A stretch of 64,000 bases of DNA from Candidatus Pacearchaeota archaeon (GTDB lineage Archaea; Nanobdellota; Nanobdellia; Pacearchaeales; GW2011-AR1): the NCBI GenBank assembly GCA_018303825.1, contig JAGVXK010000021.1, forward strand, positions 32,001-96,000, written 5' to 3'. The notes below the pieces were generated by a model. The model searched no databases. It worked only from the letters and a program-made list of their open reading frames with translations, and was not told the origin of the DNA. This document shows, piece after piece, positions 1-9,802 of this stretch (positions are counted from its first letter, which is position 1; each line of letters opens with the position of its first letter). The position numbers and the translations under genes were made by a program.

Positions 1-1
1 A

Positions 2-88
2 CCATTCATAATAACAATCAAGAACAAAGAAATTGCGCATGGTTATCTAAACTATTTCAATCTTCTCTGGAAAATCGCCAAGAAATAA
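2..88 (+). CDS. 3' end of a CDS running in from the left edge (possibly TrmB-like regulator C-terminus)
   Basis: Frame 2 reads PFIITIKNKEIAHGYLNYFNLLWKIAKK-stop; the ending resembles TrmB-family C-termini; truncated by the window. Confidence 0.5.
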   Translation, partial: PFIITIKNKEIAHGYLNYFNLLWKIAKK

Positions 89-548
89 TCTGAAAAAGTG
101 CCCCGTTCTGCTGTTTGATAATTATTGTTCGTATTTTCGCCAACAGGCGACTATCTGTGCGTAGCACCACCGAGCCAGCCCCTATCGAACTTCCAGCAAT
201 TTTGTTTAAACTAGATTAAACGCTCTGCGTCTGATTTCTGAAAATGGTTTAAACGAAACGAATGAGCAAATCCCTAAAGAGGTTTACTTATCGTTTAATC
301 GTTCGTAATAAGAGTGGTTTTAGCCATTAATACTTAAATCGTATGAGCTAAAACTAAGACTAAATTCCGTCTTTCTACTAAAGAAAGTATTTCAGGATGA
401 AATAAGGAATTTATCTCTTATGTGAGATTAGCCGACCACTTTAGTAGCGCGAGCTGATTACGAAAATCCTCGCGACTTTTGCTTTGTTCTCAGCCGATTT
501 CGAAGCGTAATTGCCAAGATTTATAAAGTAGTAGATTTTATTTAGATT

Positions 549-836
549 ATGGGTTGGAAAAACTGGAGTTATTGGTTGAGAGGAGGTTTTTTGCTAGCAA
601 CGATTTACTTTATTTATACTTTACTTATAAATCAATTATATGGGACAGTTATAAAAGCAGGATTATATCGCATATTATATGAGGTCGGATATCCCTTCAA
701 TTTTGTACGGTTTTTGGTTATGGGCTTTAATGAATCATTCATAGCCATAATTTTCAGTTGGATAATTGCATATATTGTCTTTTTCCTTCTTGGAGCAATA
801 ATTGGTTGGATCGTTGGTAAAATAAAATCTAAGTAA
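549..836 (+). CDS. Small membrane protein, hypothetical
   Basis: 95-aa ORF with two hydrophobic helices; begins MGWKNWSYWLRGG, ends GAIIGWIVGKIKSK. Confidence 0.75.
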   Translation: MGWKNWSYWLRGGFLLATIYFIYTLLINQLYGTVIKAGLYRILYEVGYPFNFVRFLVMGFNESFIAIIFSWIIAYIVFFLLGAIIGWIVGKIKSK

Positions 837-1118
837 TTCTTTTTTGAATAATTGGCAATTTCGTTTAAGCAAGCTATTGTGCGACATCTCTGATTCGCAC
901 CCAGCGGTTAAGCGGAGCGAGAAATTAACGGGCTGAGAATTGCAAGCCGAAAGGGGCAAGAGTTTACAGGCAATATTCTATTTGTTACTATGGAAACTCT
1001 GAAGGGGAAGGGGCTTTCTTTTTCTTGAGGGGATTTGCAACCCGAGCGATAGCGAAGGGCAAAGCAAAAGTTTGGTTAATCATACTTAAACGAACATTAA
1101 GAATGAAAAAGAAAGGAT

Positions 1119-3677
1119 TTAACCTAATATGCTCAAATTCACTTGGACTTCTGGTTCTTTTGGAACTTTAACAATATCCGCCACTTTGTCTCCTTCTTTC
1201 AACTTAACCACATGGACTCCCTGCGTGGCTCTTCCCATGACTCTCAAGTCCCTCATGCTCGTTCTAAGGACCATCCCTTTTGTTGTCGTTATTATCACAG
1301 AATCACGGTCGTTGACACACAAAGAAGAGATGACATTTCCTGTTCTTTCAGAAACATCAAGACTAATTACTCCTTTTGCGCCCCTCGATGTCTTCCTATA
1401 TTCTTCTAAATCTGATCTCTTCCCGAATCCTTTTTCTGCTACGGTAAGTATTGTTGTTTTCCCATTCATCGGAAGACTTTCAAGAGCGACAACTTCATCT
1501 GTCTTTCCTAATTCTGCGCCTTTTACCCCATAAGATACCCTTCCCATAGGCCTTACCTCGTCGCTGTTGAATCTAACCGCCTGCCCTTTCTTTGTGACAA
1601 GCATTACTTCCTGCTTATCTATGACATGACTTACATTGATTAAAATATCAGAATTATCTGCCGGGAGATTTATTACCCTAACGCCCGTATTTCTTGGTTT
1701 GCTCAAATCTTTCAGTGGAAGCTTCTTTACCATTCCAAGTTTCGTGGCAAACATCAAATATCCCACATCGAAATTCTTTACAGCTTTTACATTTGCTATG
1801 GCTTCATCTCTTAAACTTAAAAGATTGACAATTGCTTTCCCCTTTCCTTGTCTTTCTGCTGATGGAATATCATTTGCTTTCAGCCAATAAACCCTCCCCC
1901 TTGTTGTGAAGAACAATAAGAAATCATGTGTTGAGCAGGTAAGCATCTTGTTTACAAAATCTTCCTCTTTAAGTTCTGCCCCGCTTGTTCCAGCTCCGCC
2001 CCTCTTCTGCTCTTTATATGCCTTAACATCAACTCTCTTCACATATCCTGAGTTTGTAATCATAATGACAACATCTTTCTTCTCAATAAGGTCTTTTTCT
2101 GTTATTTCCTCAACCCTTCTTAATATTCTTGTTCTTCTCTCATCACCATATTTTGTCTTAAATTCCTGAACCTCTCTCTTTATAACCTTTAGAATTTCTT
2201 TTTCGTCTCCAAGAATTTTCTTCAAGTCAGAAATTCCCTCTTTAAGCTTCTTTTCCTCATCCCTGAGCTTTCCTTCTTCTAATCTTGTCAATTGCTGCAA
2301 TCTTATCTCCAAAACTGCCCTTGCCTGCTTATCAGTCAAAGAGAATTTCTTCATTAAGCCATCGTGTGCATCTGTCGCATTAGCTGATTTTTTGATAAAT
2401 TCAACAACTTTATCAATATTCTTCTGCGCAATTAAAAGACCTAAGACAATTTCAAGCCTTTCTTCAGCTTTCTTCAATTCAAACTTGCTTCTATTCCTGA
2501 CTATTAATCTTCTGTATTTGATATATTCTTCAATTATCTGCTTCAAATTAAGAACAACCGGCTTATTTCCAACAAGAGCAAGAAGATTTGCATCAAAACT
2601 CGTTTCCAGGTTAGTTGAAGTGTAAAGCTTGTTCAATGTAAATTTAGAATCAACTTCTTTTTTCAATTCAACAACAATTCTTACCTTTCCTTTGGAAGAT
2701 TCGTCTCTTAAGTCATAAACATCTGGGAGCTTTTTCTCAGTTGCAAGCCTTGCAATCGATGTAACAAGATCAGACTTGTTAACCATGTAAGGTATTTCAT
2801 TAATGATTATGATTGGCCTCCCTTTGCGCTCTTCAACTGTTGTTTTTCCTCTTATTACAATTTTTCCCTTTCCAGACTTATACATATCTTTTATTCCGTC
2901 TCCAAATATCTGTCCCCCTGTTGGAAAATCAGGGCCCTTTACTACTTCAGCAAGTTCATCTATAGTTATTTCCGGCTTGTTTATGCATTCAATTATTGCA
3001 TCGCATACTTCTGTTAGATTATGGGGGGGAATATTTGTGGCCATTCCTACAGCTATTCCCGTAGCCCCATTAATTAGTAAATTTGGCAATTTCGCAGGAA
3101 GTGTTTCCGGCTCTTTTGTTGAATTATCGAAGTTAGGCCTCATCTTCACAGTTTCTTTATCAATGTCTTCAATTAATTCCTGTGAAATCTTTGAAAGTTT
3201 TACTTCTGTGTATCTTTGTGCTGCCGGACTATCTCCATCGAGTGAACCAAAATTTCCTTGCCCGTGCACAAGTGGGTATCTTAAAGAAAAATCCTGTGCC
3301 ATTCTCACGAGAGAATCATATACTGCAATATCACCATGTGGATGATACTTTCCTAAAACTTCTCCTACTACTGCCGCTGATTTTCTTGTTGGCTTGCTCG
3401 CATCAAGCCCAATAGAATGCATCGCATATAAAATTCTTCTGTGCACAGGTTTTAACCCATCCTCAACACTTGGAAGTGCTCTCTGAACAATAACGGACAT
3501 TGCATAATCTATATATGCCTGCTCCATTTCCTCGACTATTTCCACGTTTGCTACGCCCTTCTCAACTTCTCCCTTTGCTCTTCTTTCCTGCTCTTTCTTT
3601 TCTGCTTCTATATCTATCTTTTTCTCTGTTTCATTCCCATTGCAATTTCCATTTTTGTTTTCTTGCTTCTCCGCCAT
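1119..3677 (-). CDS. gyrA: DNA gyrase subunit A
   Basis: [15 protein letters not shown], catalytic [22 protein letters not shown], GyrA-box QKRGGAG, C-terminal pinwheel repeats (MGRATQGV). Confidence 0.98.
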   Translation of the reverse strand: MAEKQENKNGNCNGNETEKKIDIEAEKKEQERRAKGEVEKGVANVEIVEEMEQAYIDYAMSVIVQRALPSVEDGLKPVHRRILYAMHSIGLDASKPTRKSAAVVGEVLGKYHPHGDIAVYDSLVRMAQDFSLRYPLVHGQGNFGSLDGDSPAAQRYTEVKLSKISQELIEDIDKETVKMRPNFDNSTKEPETLPAKLPNLLINGATGIAVGMATNIPPHNLTEVCDAIIECINKPEITIDELAEVVKGPDFPTGGQIFGDGIKDMYKSGKGKIVIRGKTTVEERKGRPIIIINEIPYMVNKSDLVTSIARLATEKKLPDVYDLRDESSKGKVRIVVELKKEVDSKFTLNKLYTSTNLETSFDANLLALVGNKPVVLNLKQIIEEYIKYRRLIVRNRSKFELKKAEERLEIVLGLLIAQKNIDKVVEFIKKSANATDAHDGLMKKFSLTDKQARAVLEIRLQQLTRLEEGKLRDEEKKLKEGISDLKKILGDEKEILKVIKREVQEFKTKYGDERRTRILRRVEEITEKDLIEKKDVVIMITNSGYVKRVDVKAYKEQKRGGAGTSGAELKEEDFVNKMLTCSTHDFLLFFTTRGRVYWLKANDIPSAERQGKGKAIVNLLSLRDEAIANVKAVKNFDVGYLMFATKLGMVKKLPLKDLSKPRNTGVRVINLPADNSDILINVSHVIDKQEVMLVTKKGQAVRFNSDEVRPMGRVSYGVKGAELGKTDEVVALESLPMNGKTTILTVAEKGFGKRSDLEEYRKTSRGAKGVISLDVSERTGNVISSLCVNDRDSVIITTTKGMVLRTSMRDLRVMGRATQGVHVVKLKEGDKVADIVKVPKEPEVQVNLSILG

Positions 3678-3678
3678 C

Positions 3679-3867
3679 TTACTTTAATTTATCCTCCTCG
3701 TGGTGAACCAGCAAGTGTCCAGATTTAATATCTATATGAAAATGTGATTTGGTATTTTTCAATTTATTTAACTTATTAATTAATTCTTCTATTTGATTAT
3801 TATTAACTTCTATTTCAATCACATTATCCTCTTCATCCTTTGTTTTTTGATTAGCTTTTATTGCCAT
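3679..3867 (-). CDS. Small hypothetical protein
   Basis: 62-aa ORF tightly packed between neighbours; its last codons provide a GAGGAGG SD-like site for gyrA. Confidence 0.65.
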   Translation of the reverse strand: MAIKANQKTKDEEDNVIEIEVNNNQIEELINKLNKLKNTKSHFHIDIKSGHLLVHHEEDKLK

Positions 3868-3871
3868 GTTT

Positions 3872-4072
3872 TTATTTTTTCTCCTTTATTATTTGAGTCT
3901 TAACTGGAAAACTTACCAAACCAACCACGCCATTCCCTGAAAAATTAAGCCCGCAATCAAGGCAATAATCATGACTTTCTGAAACACTTGCTTCGATTCC
4001 TATATTCTCGCTCTCGCATTTAGGGCAAAACTTCGCTTCCCTTACTTTTTCAATTTTCTTTTCTTCGACCAT
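3872..4072 (-). CDS. Small Zn-ribbon protein
   Basis: CPKC...CLDCG cysteine pairs; co-oriented and closely spaced. Confidence 0.7.
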   Translation of the reverse strand: MVEEKKIEKVREAKFCPKCESENIGIEASVSESHDYCLDCGLNFSGNGVVGLVSFPVKTQIIKEKK

Positions 4073-4073
4073 T

Positions 4074-4481
4074 TTACTTTAAAGCCTCCAGCTCTTTGCA
4101 AAGATTATCAACACTATCAAACCTTATCGTTTTCTCAGCAATCTGATTTAAGTAAGTATTCCTTACTCTACTATTAATTGCAAGAATTATTCTTTTCTTC
4201 TTGGCAATCGAATAACCTGCTTCCATTAATAACCCCTCACTTCTATTCTCGGAGTTAACAAACAATAAAATAGCATCGGAACCATCAAGAAATTTCAAGG
4301 CATGGTCCAAATAATCCTTTTCATTCCAACCATCAAATTTCTTAGGATTATCGGCATAATCTATAAAGGTACACTTAGATTTATGTCCTGCTTTTTCGAG
4401 AGCAGATACTATTCTTCTTACATCTCTCTCTAACTGAATAAAATCTTTATTACTTACCCTTTCTGCTATAAATATCATCAT
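4074..4481 (-). CDS. Nucleoside 2-deoxyribosyltransferase-like (NDT/Rcl fold) protein
   Basis: SDAILLFVNSENRSEGLLMEAGYSIAKKKRII matches the NDT S-x-G-x-x-x-E-x-G-Y pattern; start taken at the ATG at 4481, just after the gyrB stop. Confidence 0.7.
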   Translation of the reverse strand: MMIFIAERVSNKDFIQLERDVRRIVSALEKAGHKSKCTFIDYADNPKKFDGWNEKDYLDHALKFLDGSDAILLFVNSENRSEGLLMEAGYSIAKKKRIILAINSRVRNTYLNQIAEKTIRFDSVDNLCKELEALK

Positions 4482-4482
4482 A

Positions 4483-6384
4483 TTAAATATCCAATTGGGC
4501 CTCATGAGACCTTTCCGCTATGAACTGTCTTCTTGGCTCAACATCATCCCCCATTAATTTTGAAAACACTTCATCTGCAAGAGCCGCATCTTCTATTGTG
4601 ACCCTGTTTAGCAATCTTCTTTTTGGGTCCATTGTTGTTTCCCACAACTGCTCAGGATTCATTTCTCCAAGTCCTTTGAATCTTTGCACATCCACATTGC
4701 TTCCCATCCTTGAAACTACTTCCTTCAATTCCTTGTCTGAATAAACATAATGGTCTCCTTTCTTTCTTATCCTGTAAAGTGGAGAAACTGCAACATATAT
4801 GTTTCCGTTTTCTATCAATTTAGGCATAAATCTGAAGAAGAAAGTCAGCAAAAGAGTTTTAATATGCGCCCCGTCTACATCGGCATCAGACATAATTATT
4901 ATTTTTGCATACCTAAGTTTCTCCTGATTAAATTGCTCTCCTACTCCGGTTCCTATCGCAGTTATTAAATTAGCGATTTCTTCGTTTGAAAAAACTTTTA
5001 CTGGCGCTACCCTTTCTACATTAAGAATTTTACCTCTTAATGGAAGTATGGCCTGAAATTCTTTATCTCTCGCCTGCTTTCCTGAGCCAGATGCACTGTC
5101 TCCCTCAACGATAAATATCTCGCTCAATTCTGTTTTGTTGCTTGAACAATCTGCTAATTTTCCTGGAAGTCCGCCAACAGAAAATGCATTTTTCCTTCTT
5201 ACAAGCTCCTTTGCTTTCTTAGCAGCATTTCTTGCTTTTTGCGCTTCAAGAGCTTTTTCAACCACCCTCTTCGCAATTGTTGGATTCTCCTCAAAAAATA
5301 TGCTGAGAGAATTCATCGTAACAGAATCAACTATTCCCTTTACTTCGGAATTTCCCAGCTTCGTCTTTGTCTGTCCTTCAAACTGCGGCTCTGGAACTTT
5401 GATGCTTATTATTGCTGTAAGTCCCTCTCGAACATCGTCTCCAGTCAATCCTTCGCCTTTTCCATTATTTTTCTTGCTATATTCATTGATAGCCCTCGTC
5501 AGGGCAGTTTTAAACCCCGCAACATGTGTTCCGCCTTCAACAGTATTAATAGTATTAACAAAACTAAGAACATTTTCCTGATAACCTGAGTTGTATTGCA
5601 CAGCACACTCAACAACCACCTTATCAACCTCTTTTATGAAATAAATAGGCTTGTGCAAAGGCTCTTTTGACTGATTGGCATGCTTTACAAACTCTACTAA
5701 TCCGCCTTCATAATGAAAAGTCTCCTTTTTTTCATTATATTCATCTTTTAGAATTATCTTCAAACCCTTATTCAAAAAGGCTATTTCCTTAAATCTAGCA
5801 GATAATATTGAAAACTCGAATTTTATTGTTGAAAAAATACTATCATCAGGCCAAAAAGTCACAATTGTCCCTGTGTCTTTTTTATCGCATTCTCCTTTTA
5901 CTTTTATATCATATAACGGCTTCCCAATTTTATAATCTTGCTGATAAATCTTCCCATTTCTTTTAACAACCACTTTCATTAGCCTAGAAAGAGCTGCCAC
6001 AACCGAAATTCCCACGCCATGCAACCCCCCAGAAACAGCATAGCTTCCCTTATCGAACTTTCCACCAGCATGCAATTTCGTAACAACTATTTCCAAAGCT
6101 GGTTTTTTGTAAACTGGGTGCATTTCAACCGGAATTCCCCTGCCATTATCTTCAACAGTTACACTGCCATCCTTATTTAGTGTAACAATTATCTCGTCAC
6201 AATAACCCCCCATCGCCTCATCTACGGAGTTGTCAACAACTTCCCAGACAAGATGATGCAATCCTGTCTTGCTTGTACTTCCTATGTACATCGCCGGACG
6301 CAGTCTCACTCCTTCCAGTCCTTCCAAAACCTTAATCTTCTCTGCGCCATACTCTTTTGAGCTTTTTTCTTTATCTGCTGCCAT
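4483..6384 (-). CDS. gyrB: DNA gyrase subunit B
   Basis: EVVDNSVDE, DNGRGIP, SGGLHGVG, FEGQTK, TOPRIM IVEGDSA, PLRGKILN, DADVDG, RFKGLGEMN; short form without the large gammaproteobacterial insert. Confidence 0.98.
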   Translation of the reverse strand: MAADKEKSSKEYGAEKIKVLEGLEGVRLRPAMYIGSTSKTGLHHLVWEVVDNSVDEAMGGYCDEIIVTLNKDGSVTVEDNGRGIPVEMHPVYKKPALEIVVTKLHAGGKFDKGSYAVSGGLHGVGISVVAALSRLMKVVVKRNGKIYQQDYKIGKPLYDIKVKGECDKKDTGTIVTFWPDDSIFSTIKFEFSILSARFKEIAFLNKGLKIILKDEYNEKKETFHYEGGLVEFVKHANQSKEPLHKPIYFIKEVDKVVVECAVQYNSGYQENVLSFVNTINTVEGGTHVAGFKTALTRAINEYSKKNNGKGEGLTGDDVREGLTAIISIKVPEPQFEGQTKTKLGNSEVKGIVDSVTMNSLSIFFEENPTIAKRVVEKALEAQKARNAAKKAKELVRRKNAFSVGGLPGKLADCSSNKTELSEIFIVEGDSASGSGKQARDKEFQAILPLRGKILNVERVAPVKVFSNEEIANLITAIGTGVGEQFNQEKLRYAKIIIMSDADVDGAHIKTLLLTFFFRFMPKLIENGNIYVAVSPLYRIRKKGDHYVYSDKELKEVVSRMGSNVDVQRFKGLGEMNPEQLWETTMDPKRRLLNRVTIEDAALADEVFSKLMGDDVEPRRQFIAERSHEAQLDI

Positions 6385-6594
6385 TTTCCCTAATTTAAGA
6401 TAATTTACACCATGTCTTACCCGTAATTTGGTTTAAAACATGCTAAATTCCAGCTAAAAAAAGTCAACTTGCTTTATAAACCTTACTATGCCTTTTTTAC
6501 TTTTATCGTCGACAAAATGGTTTTTTGTAAAATCTTTCTGAAATTGCATAAAAAGTGGCTAAATGCTTAAAAAACCATGATGTATTGAATAATT

Positions 6595-7065
6595 ATGGAA
6601 AGTAATGGAAAAAATTTAGTGAAGATTATGGATTTTTCGGACAATAAATTATTAAAAAATATCAAGAAAAATCTTCCAAATTTGGAAAAACTGCTTGAAG
6701 AGATAAAGGACCATTGGGCAGAAGAAGACCTGATTTATAGGTACTACCACAACTCATTTAAAGTTTATAGAATCCAGTCTTTAACATCCTCTATTTTAAA
6801 AGCTTTAAATGACATTTCTCCGCATGAAGACAAAAAAATCCCTAATGAATCATACTTAAAGATAATAGCTGATGGCTCAGGAAAAGTTTGGAAGCCAGAG
6901 CATAATAGAAATTGGGATGAAATAACAAGACCTATGCTGGAAGCATTTTTCCATTCAAAATACTTCCTTGAAATGGCTATAAAATATGGAAAACAATACA
7001 AAAAAGCCCCGCAATTAATGGATTCTGGCTGGGCAGCACTATTGGAATTGTATAATATCAGGTAA
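6595..7065 (+). CDS. Hypothetical protein, divergent from gyrB
   Basis: 156-aa ORF with conserved-looking aromatic blocks (YRYYHNSFKVY, EAFFHSKYFLEMA, GWAALLELY). Confidence 0.75.
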   Translation: MESNGKNLVKIMDFSDNKLLKNIKKNLPNLEKLLEEIKDHWAEEDLIYRYYHNSFKVYRIQSLTSSILKALNDISPHEDKKIPNESYLKIIADGSGKVWKPEHNRNWDEITRPMLEAFFHSKYFLEMAIKYGKQYKKAPQLMDSGWAALLELYNIR

Positions 7066-7107
7066 AATTTGAACAATTAAGATAAATTATATAAAAATTA
7101 AAAAAGA

Positions 7108-7314
7108 TTAAATTGAATATTCAGGTTCTTTTCTTTCACGCAATTTGTCAGAAATATCAATTGGATGATCAAGCAATTTCCATCTTCCAGTTATAGTCCT
7201 GGGCTCGGGACTTAAGGCTTCCTGAGATCTCATTAGAACAGTACGCATATACTTTGCGTGTCTTGCCATTCTTTCATTTAATAGTTTTGGGGTATATGAT
7301 TTATTAAAATCCAT
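7108..7314 (-). CDS. Hypothetical protein
   Basis: 68-aa ORF filling an intergenic gap, no motif recognised. Confidence 0.45.
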   Translation of the reverse strand: MDFNKSYTPKLLNERMARHAKYMRTVLMRSQEALSPEPRTITGRWKLLDHPIDISDKLRERKEPEYSI

Positions 7315-7376
7315 TAAGAATTAAAGGTATTGCGATTTTTAAATATTTGTATAATATCAAAATACTGATTATTTGA

Positions 7377-7700
7377 TTATTTCTTGGCTTCTTTGGCCTT
7401 TTTGTCAGTTCTGGCTTCTTTAAACGCCTTCCTTACTATTGCTTTTTCATCAGCTACTTTCTTTGCTTCTTTGGCATCCTCAACTTTCTTTGCTTCGTGA
7501 GCTATTTCTCTTGCAGCATTTGATTTCAAAGAATCTTTATATGTCAATGTCCATTTCAACTTTCGTTTATCTCTTCCCAACTTTAAAGAATTTTTTCTGC
7601 ATTTACTTGAGCAGTAAAAATCAACTGTGCCATCATTCTTGATTAAATGAACACCAGTATAATCTGGTTCTTCTCTTCCGCAAAATACGCATTTTGTCAT
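7377..7700 (-). CDS. rpl24e: 50S ribosomal protein L24e
   Basis: CVFCG...FYCSSKCRKN...GRDKRKLKWT; Lys/Ala-rich C-terminal extension. Confidence 0.95.
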   Translation of the reverse strand: MTKCVFCGREEPDYTGVHLIKNDGTVDFYCSSKCRKNSLKLGRDKRKLKWTLTYKDSLKSNAAREIAHEAKKVEDAKEAKKVADEKAIVRKAFKEARTDKKAKEAKK

Positions 7701-8056
7701 CTTCTCGCTTCCCAGGAGAGGACTCCAAGGTTATCATAATAGTCTACAATTACAAGTCTTCTGCAATTAGGGTCAACAGACTCCATAGCTATTCGAGAAT
7801 TGTCAAGAACGTCTGGATGCTCTTTGGAAGCACCAACTATTAAATAACCTTTATGCCCATATGCATGTATAAATCCTACACCTGAAAATGGATTAGTTGT
7901 TCTTAAAAAGATACGAAAATCCTCTTTAATTTTAAAATACTTTTCTGTTAGTTGTTCAAATTCCACCCCAGAAATAAAACCCTCAGCAATTTTTCCCGAT
8001 AGACCGCTTATTCTCAAAGAAGAAGCACTGTCTTGGGTTTTCTGTGTATCATTCAT
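7697..8056 (-). CDS. Hypothetical protein inserted between rps28e and rpl24e
   Basis: 119-aa ORF; stop overlaps the rpl24e start by 4 nt, start 2 nt after the rps28e stop. Confidence 0.7.
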   Translation of the reverse strand: MNDTQKTQDSASSLRISGLSGKIAEGFISGVEFEQLTEKYFKIKEDFRIFLRTTNPFSGVGFIHAYGHKGYLIVGASKEHPDVLDNSRIAMESVDPNCRRLVIVDYYDNLGVLSWEARR

Positions 8057-8057
8057 C

Positions 8058-8363
8058 TTATCTAGACCTCGACCCTGCTACAGTCCTTGTATTCGAACCT
8101 TTAATTCTTCTGGCTTCTATTTCTGTTTCTCTTAGTGTGACCAAATCTCCAACCTTAACAGGTCCTTTAATATTTCTTCTCATTGTTCTTCCTTTGTTTC
8201 TTCCATCAAGAACCTTGACCTTTGCTTGTGTAACTTCTCCTCTGGCTCCTGTTCTTCCTATAAATTCTTCTACCAAGCCATTAACAACCTCTGTAGAAAA
8301 AGTCATTCTTGTGCTTGGTCCAGTTTCTTGTGTTTTATCCCTTATTCTTTGTTCTTTAGCCAT
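8058..8363 (-). CDS. rps28e: 30S ribosomal protein S28e
   Basis: [17 protein letters not shown]...[24 protein letters not shown]. Confidence 0.96.
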   Translation of the reverse strand: MAKEQRIRDKTQETGPSTRMTFSTEVVNGLVEEFIGRTGARGEVTQAKVKVLDGRNKGRTMRRNIKGPVKVGDLVTLRETEIEARRIKGSNTRTVAGSRSR

Positions 8364-8380
8364 GTTTTACCTTAAATATT

Positions 8381-8689
8381 TCACTTAGTTTTCTTCAAAG
8401 CAGCTATTTCTTTATCCGTCTCGCCCGCATTAACTACTGCGACAGCGCTCGCCCCAACTTTTATTCCAGCCGCAATTCCAAGTTTTTGTTTAGAATCAAC
8501 TTCTTGACAAGGTATTCCTTTCTCTTTCGCAATAACAGATAAATGAGCAACAATTTCTTTCGGGAAAACATCAGCAGCATATACAACTAGCTTGGCTACT
8601 CCCAGCTCGATAGCTTTTGTCGCTTCGTTTATTCCTTTGTCGATTTTTCCTGTTTTTCTTGCTCTTTCAATAATTGAATAGAAGTCCAT
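8381..8689 (-). CDS. rpl7ae: 50S ribosomal protein L7Ae
   Basis: GKIDKGINEATKAIE, KLVVYAADV, LGIAAGI; SD GGAGGT upstream at 8695-8700. Confidence 0.95.
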   Translation of the reverse strand: MDFYSIIERARKTGKIDKGINEATKAIELGVAKLVVYAADVFPKEIVAHLSVIAKEKGIPCQEVDSKQKLGIAAGIKVGASAVAVVNAGETDKEIAALKKTK

Positions 8690-8772
8690 TTTAGACCTCC
8701 GTAATCCGATGAATTACTTCATGGGTTAATTATACTTTAAAAAGTAGGTTTATAAATCTTTTTGTAGAAAAT

Positions 8773-9759
8773 TTATTTCCAACTAACATCAACTTGGTCA
8801 GTTCTTTCCCTTGGCTTTATATCGACTTTATCAAAATCAAGAGCAATCTTCCTATCTGCATTATACATTAATTCTCCGGTATACGCAATCATTCCAGCAT
8901 TGTCCGTTAATAAACTTCTTTCAGGACAATAAAACTTGCAATCTCTTTCTTTGCACATTATTCTGCACATTTCCTGAAGCCTAGAATTGCAGGCAACCCC
9001 CCCACCTAGAACAAGCTCTTTCTTTCCAGTATGAGCCAAAGCTCTTTCAGCTGCCTCAACAAGCATTGCAAATGCTGTCTCCTGAAGGGAAAAAGACAAA
9101 TCTTCTTTAGCTTTTTCTTTATCCTGTGCTTTACCATATAATTGCTGTAATTTTGTCTGCATTCCTGAAAAGGAAACATCCATTCCCTTTATTGAGTAAG
9201 GCAACTCAATATATTTTCCATTCTTCGCAAGTTGTTCTATCTTTGGCCCTCCGGGAAAACCAATTCCCATATGTCTTGCCACTTTATCAATAAAATTGCC
9301 AACTCCTAAATCCAAAGTTTCTCCAAAAACCCTATACTTTCCAGAAGCATATGCAATTATCTGTGTGTTAGCACCAGAGGCATAAAGTAGAACAGGGTCT
9401 TTTGCCCCAATTGACTGCCCTATTTCAAGATGAGCAATGCAATGATTTACCGGAACTATCTTGATACCCAATTCTTTTGCTTTCTTTTTTGCAAATTCCA
9501 ATCCTGCAAGCAAACAAGGAGCCAATCCGGGAGCATTTGAAAAAGCAATTGCATCTATATCTTTCTCCTTAATTCCAGATTCTTGCAATGCCCTTCCATA
9601 CAATATGTCTGCAATCTCTCTGTGATGTTTCGCGCTTTCTGTAGGAATTATTCCTCCTTCTTTTGGGACAAACATATCTTTAATATTAATAATTATTTTT
9701 CCCTTTTCTACAAGAGCAATTCCAAACGTATGTGCCGTTGATTCAATTCCCAAAATCAT
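8773..9759 (-). CDS. kae1: KEOPS complex N6-threonylcarbamoyltransferase Kae1
   Basis: ILGIESTAHTFG, NHCIAHLE, GETLD, PGGPKIE, GGVACN, TDNAGMIA. Confidence 0.97.
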   Translation of the reverse strand: MILGIESTAHTFGIALVEKGKIIINIKDMFVPKEGGIIPTESAKHHREIADILYGRALQESGIKEKDIDAIAFSNAPGLAPCLLAGLEFAKKKAKELGIKIVPVNHCIAHLEIGQSIGAKDPVLLYASGANTQIIAYASGKYRVFGETLDLGVGNFIDKVARHMGIGFPGGPKIEQLAKNGKYIELPYSIKGMDVSFSGMQTKLQQLYGKAQDKEKAKEDLSFSLQETAFAMLVEAAERALAHTGKKELVLGGGVACNSRLQEMCRIMCKERDCKFYCPERSLLTDNAGMIAYTGELMYNADRKIALDFDKVDIKPRERTDQVDVSWK

Positions 9760-9802
9760 AGATATAAATCAATAACAGGATATAAAAATTAATCGTTCGG
9801 GT

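Noticed and set aside
940-960. SRP RNA helix 8 or RNase P RNA
   Set aside because: CAAG-CC-GAAA-GG-GGCA departs from the CAGG...AGCA consensus, there is no surrounding long helix, and no GAGGAAAGTCC motif was seen
1129-5589. Numerous plus-strand ORFs opposite gyrA/gyrB, and similar shadows opposite the ATPase, serS and the surface protein
   Set aside because: Antisense shadow frames of well-supported genes, with Ser/Phe/Leu-rich composition and no motifs
1119-6384. Inteins or introns in gyrA/gyrB
   Set aside because: Both proteins are of normal length with contiguous motifs; gyrase itself is already known in several DPANN groups
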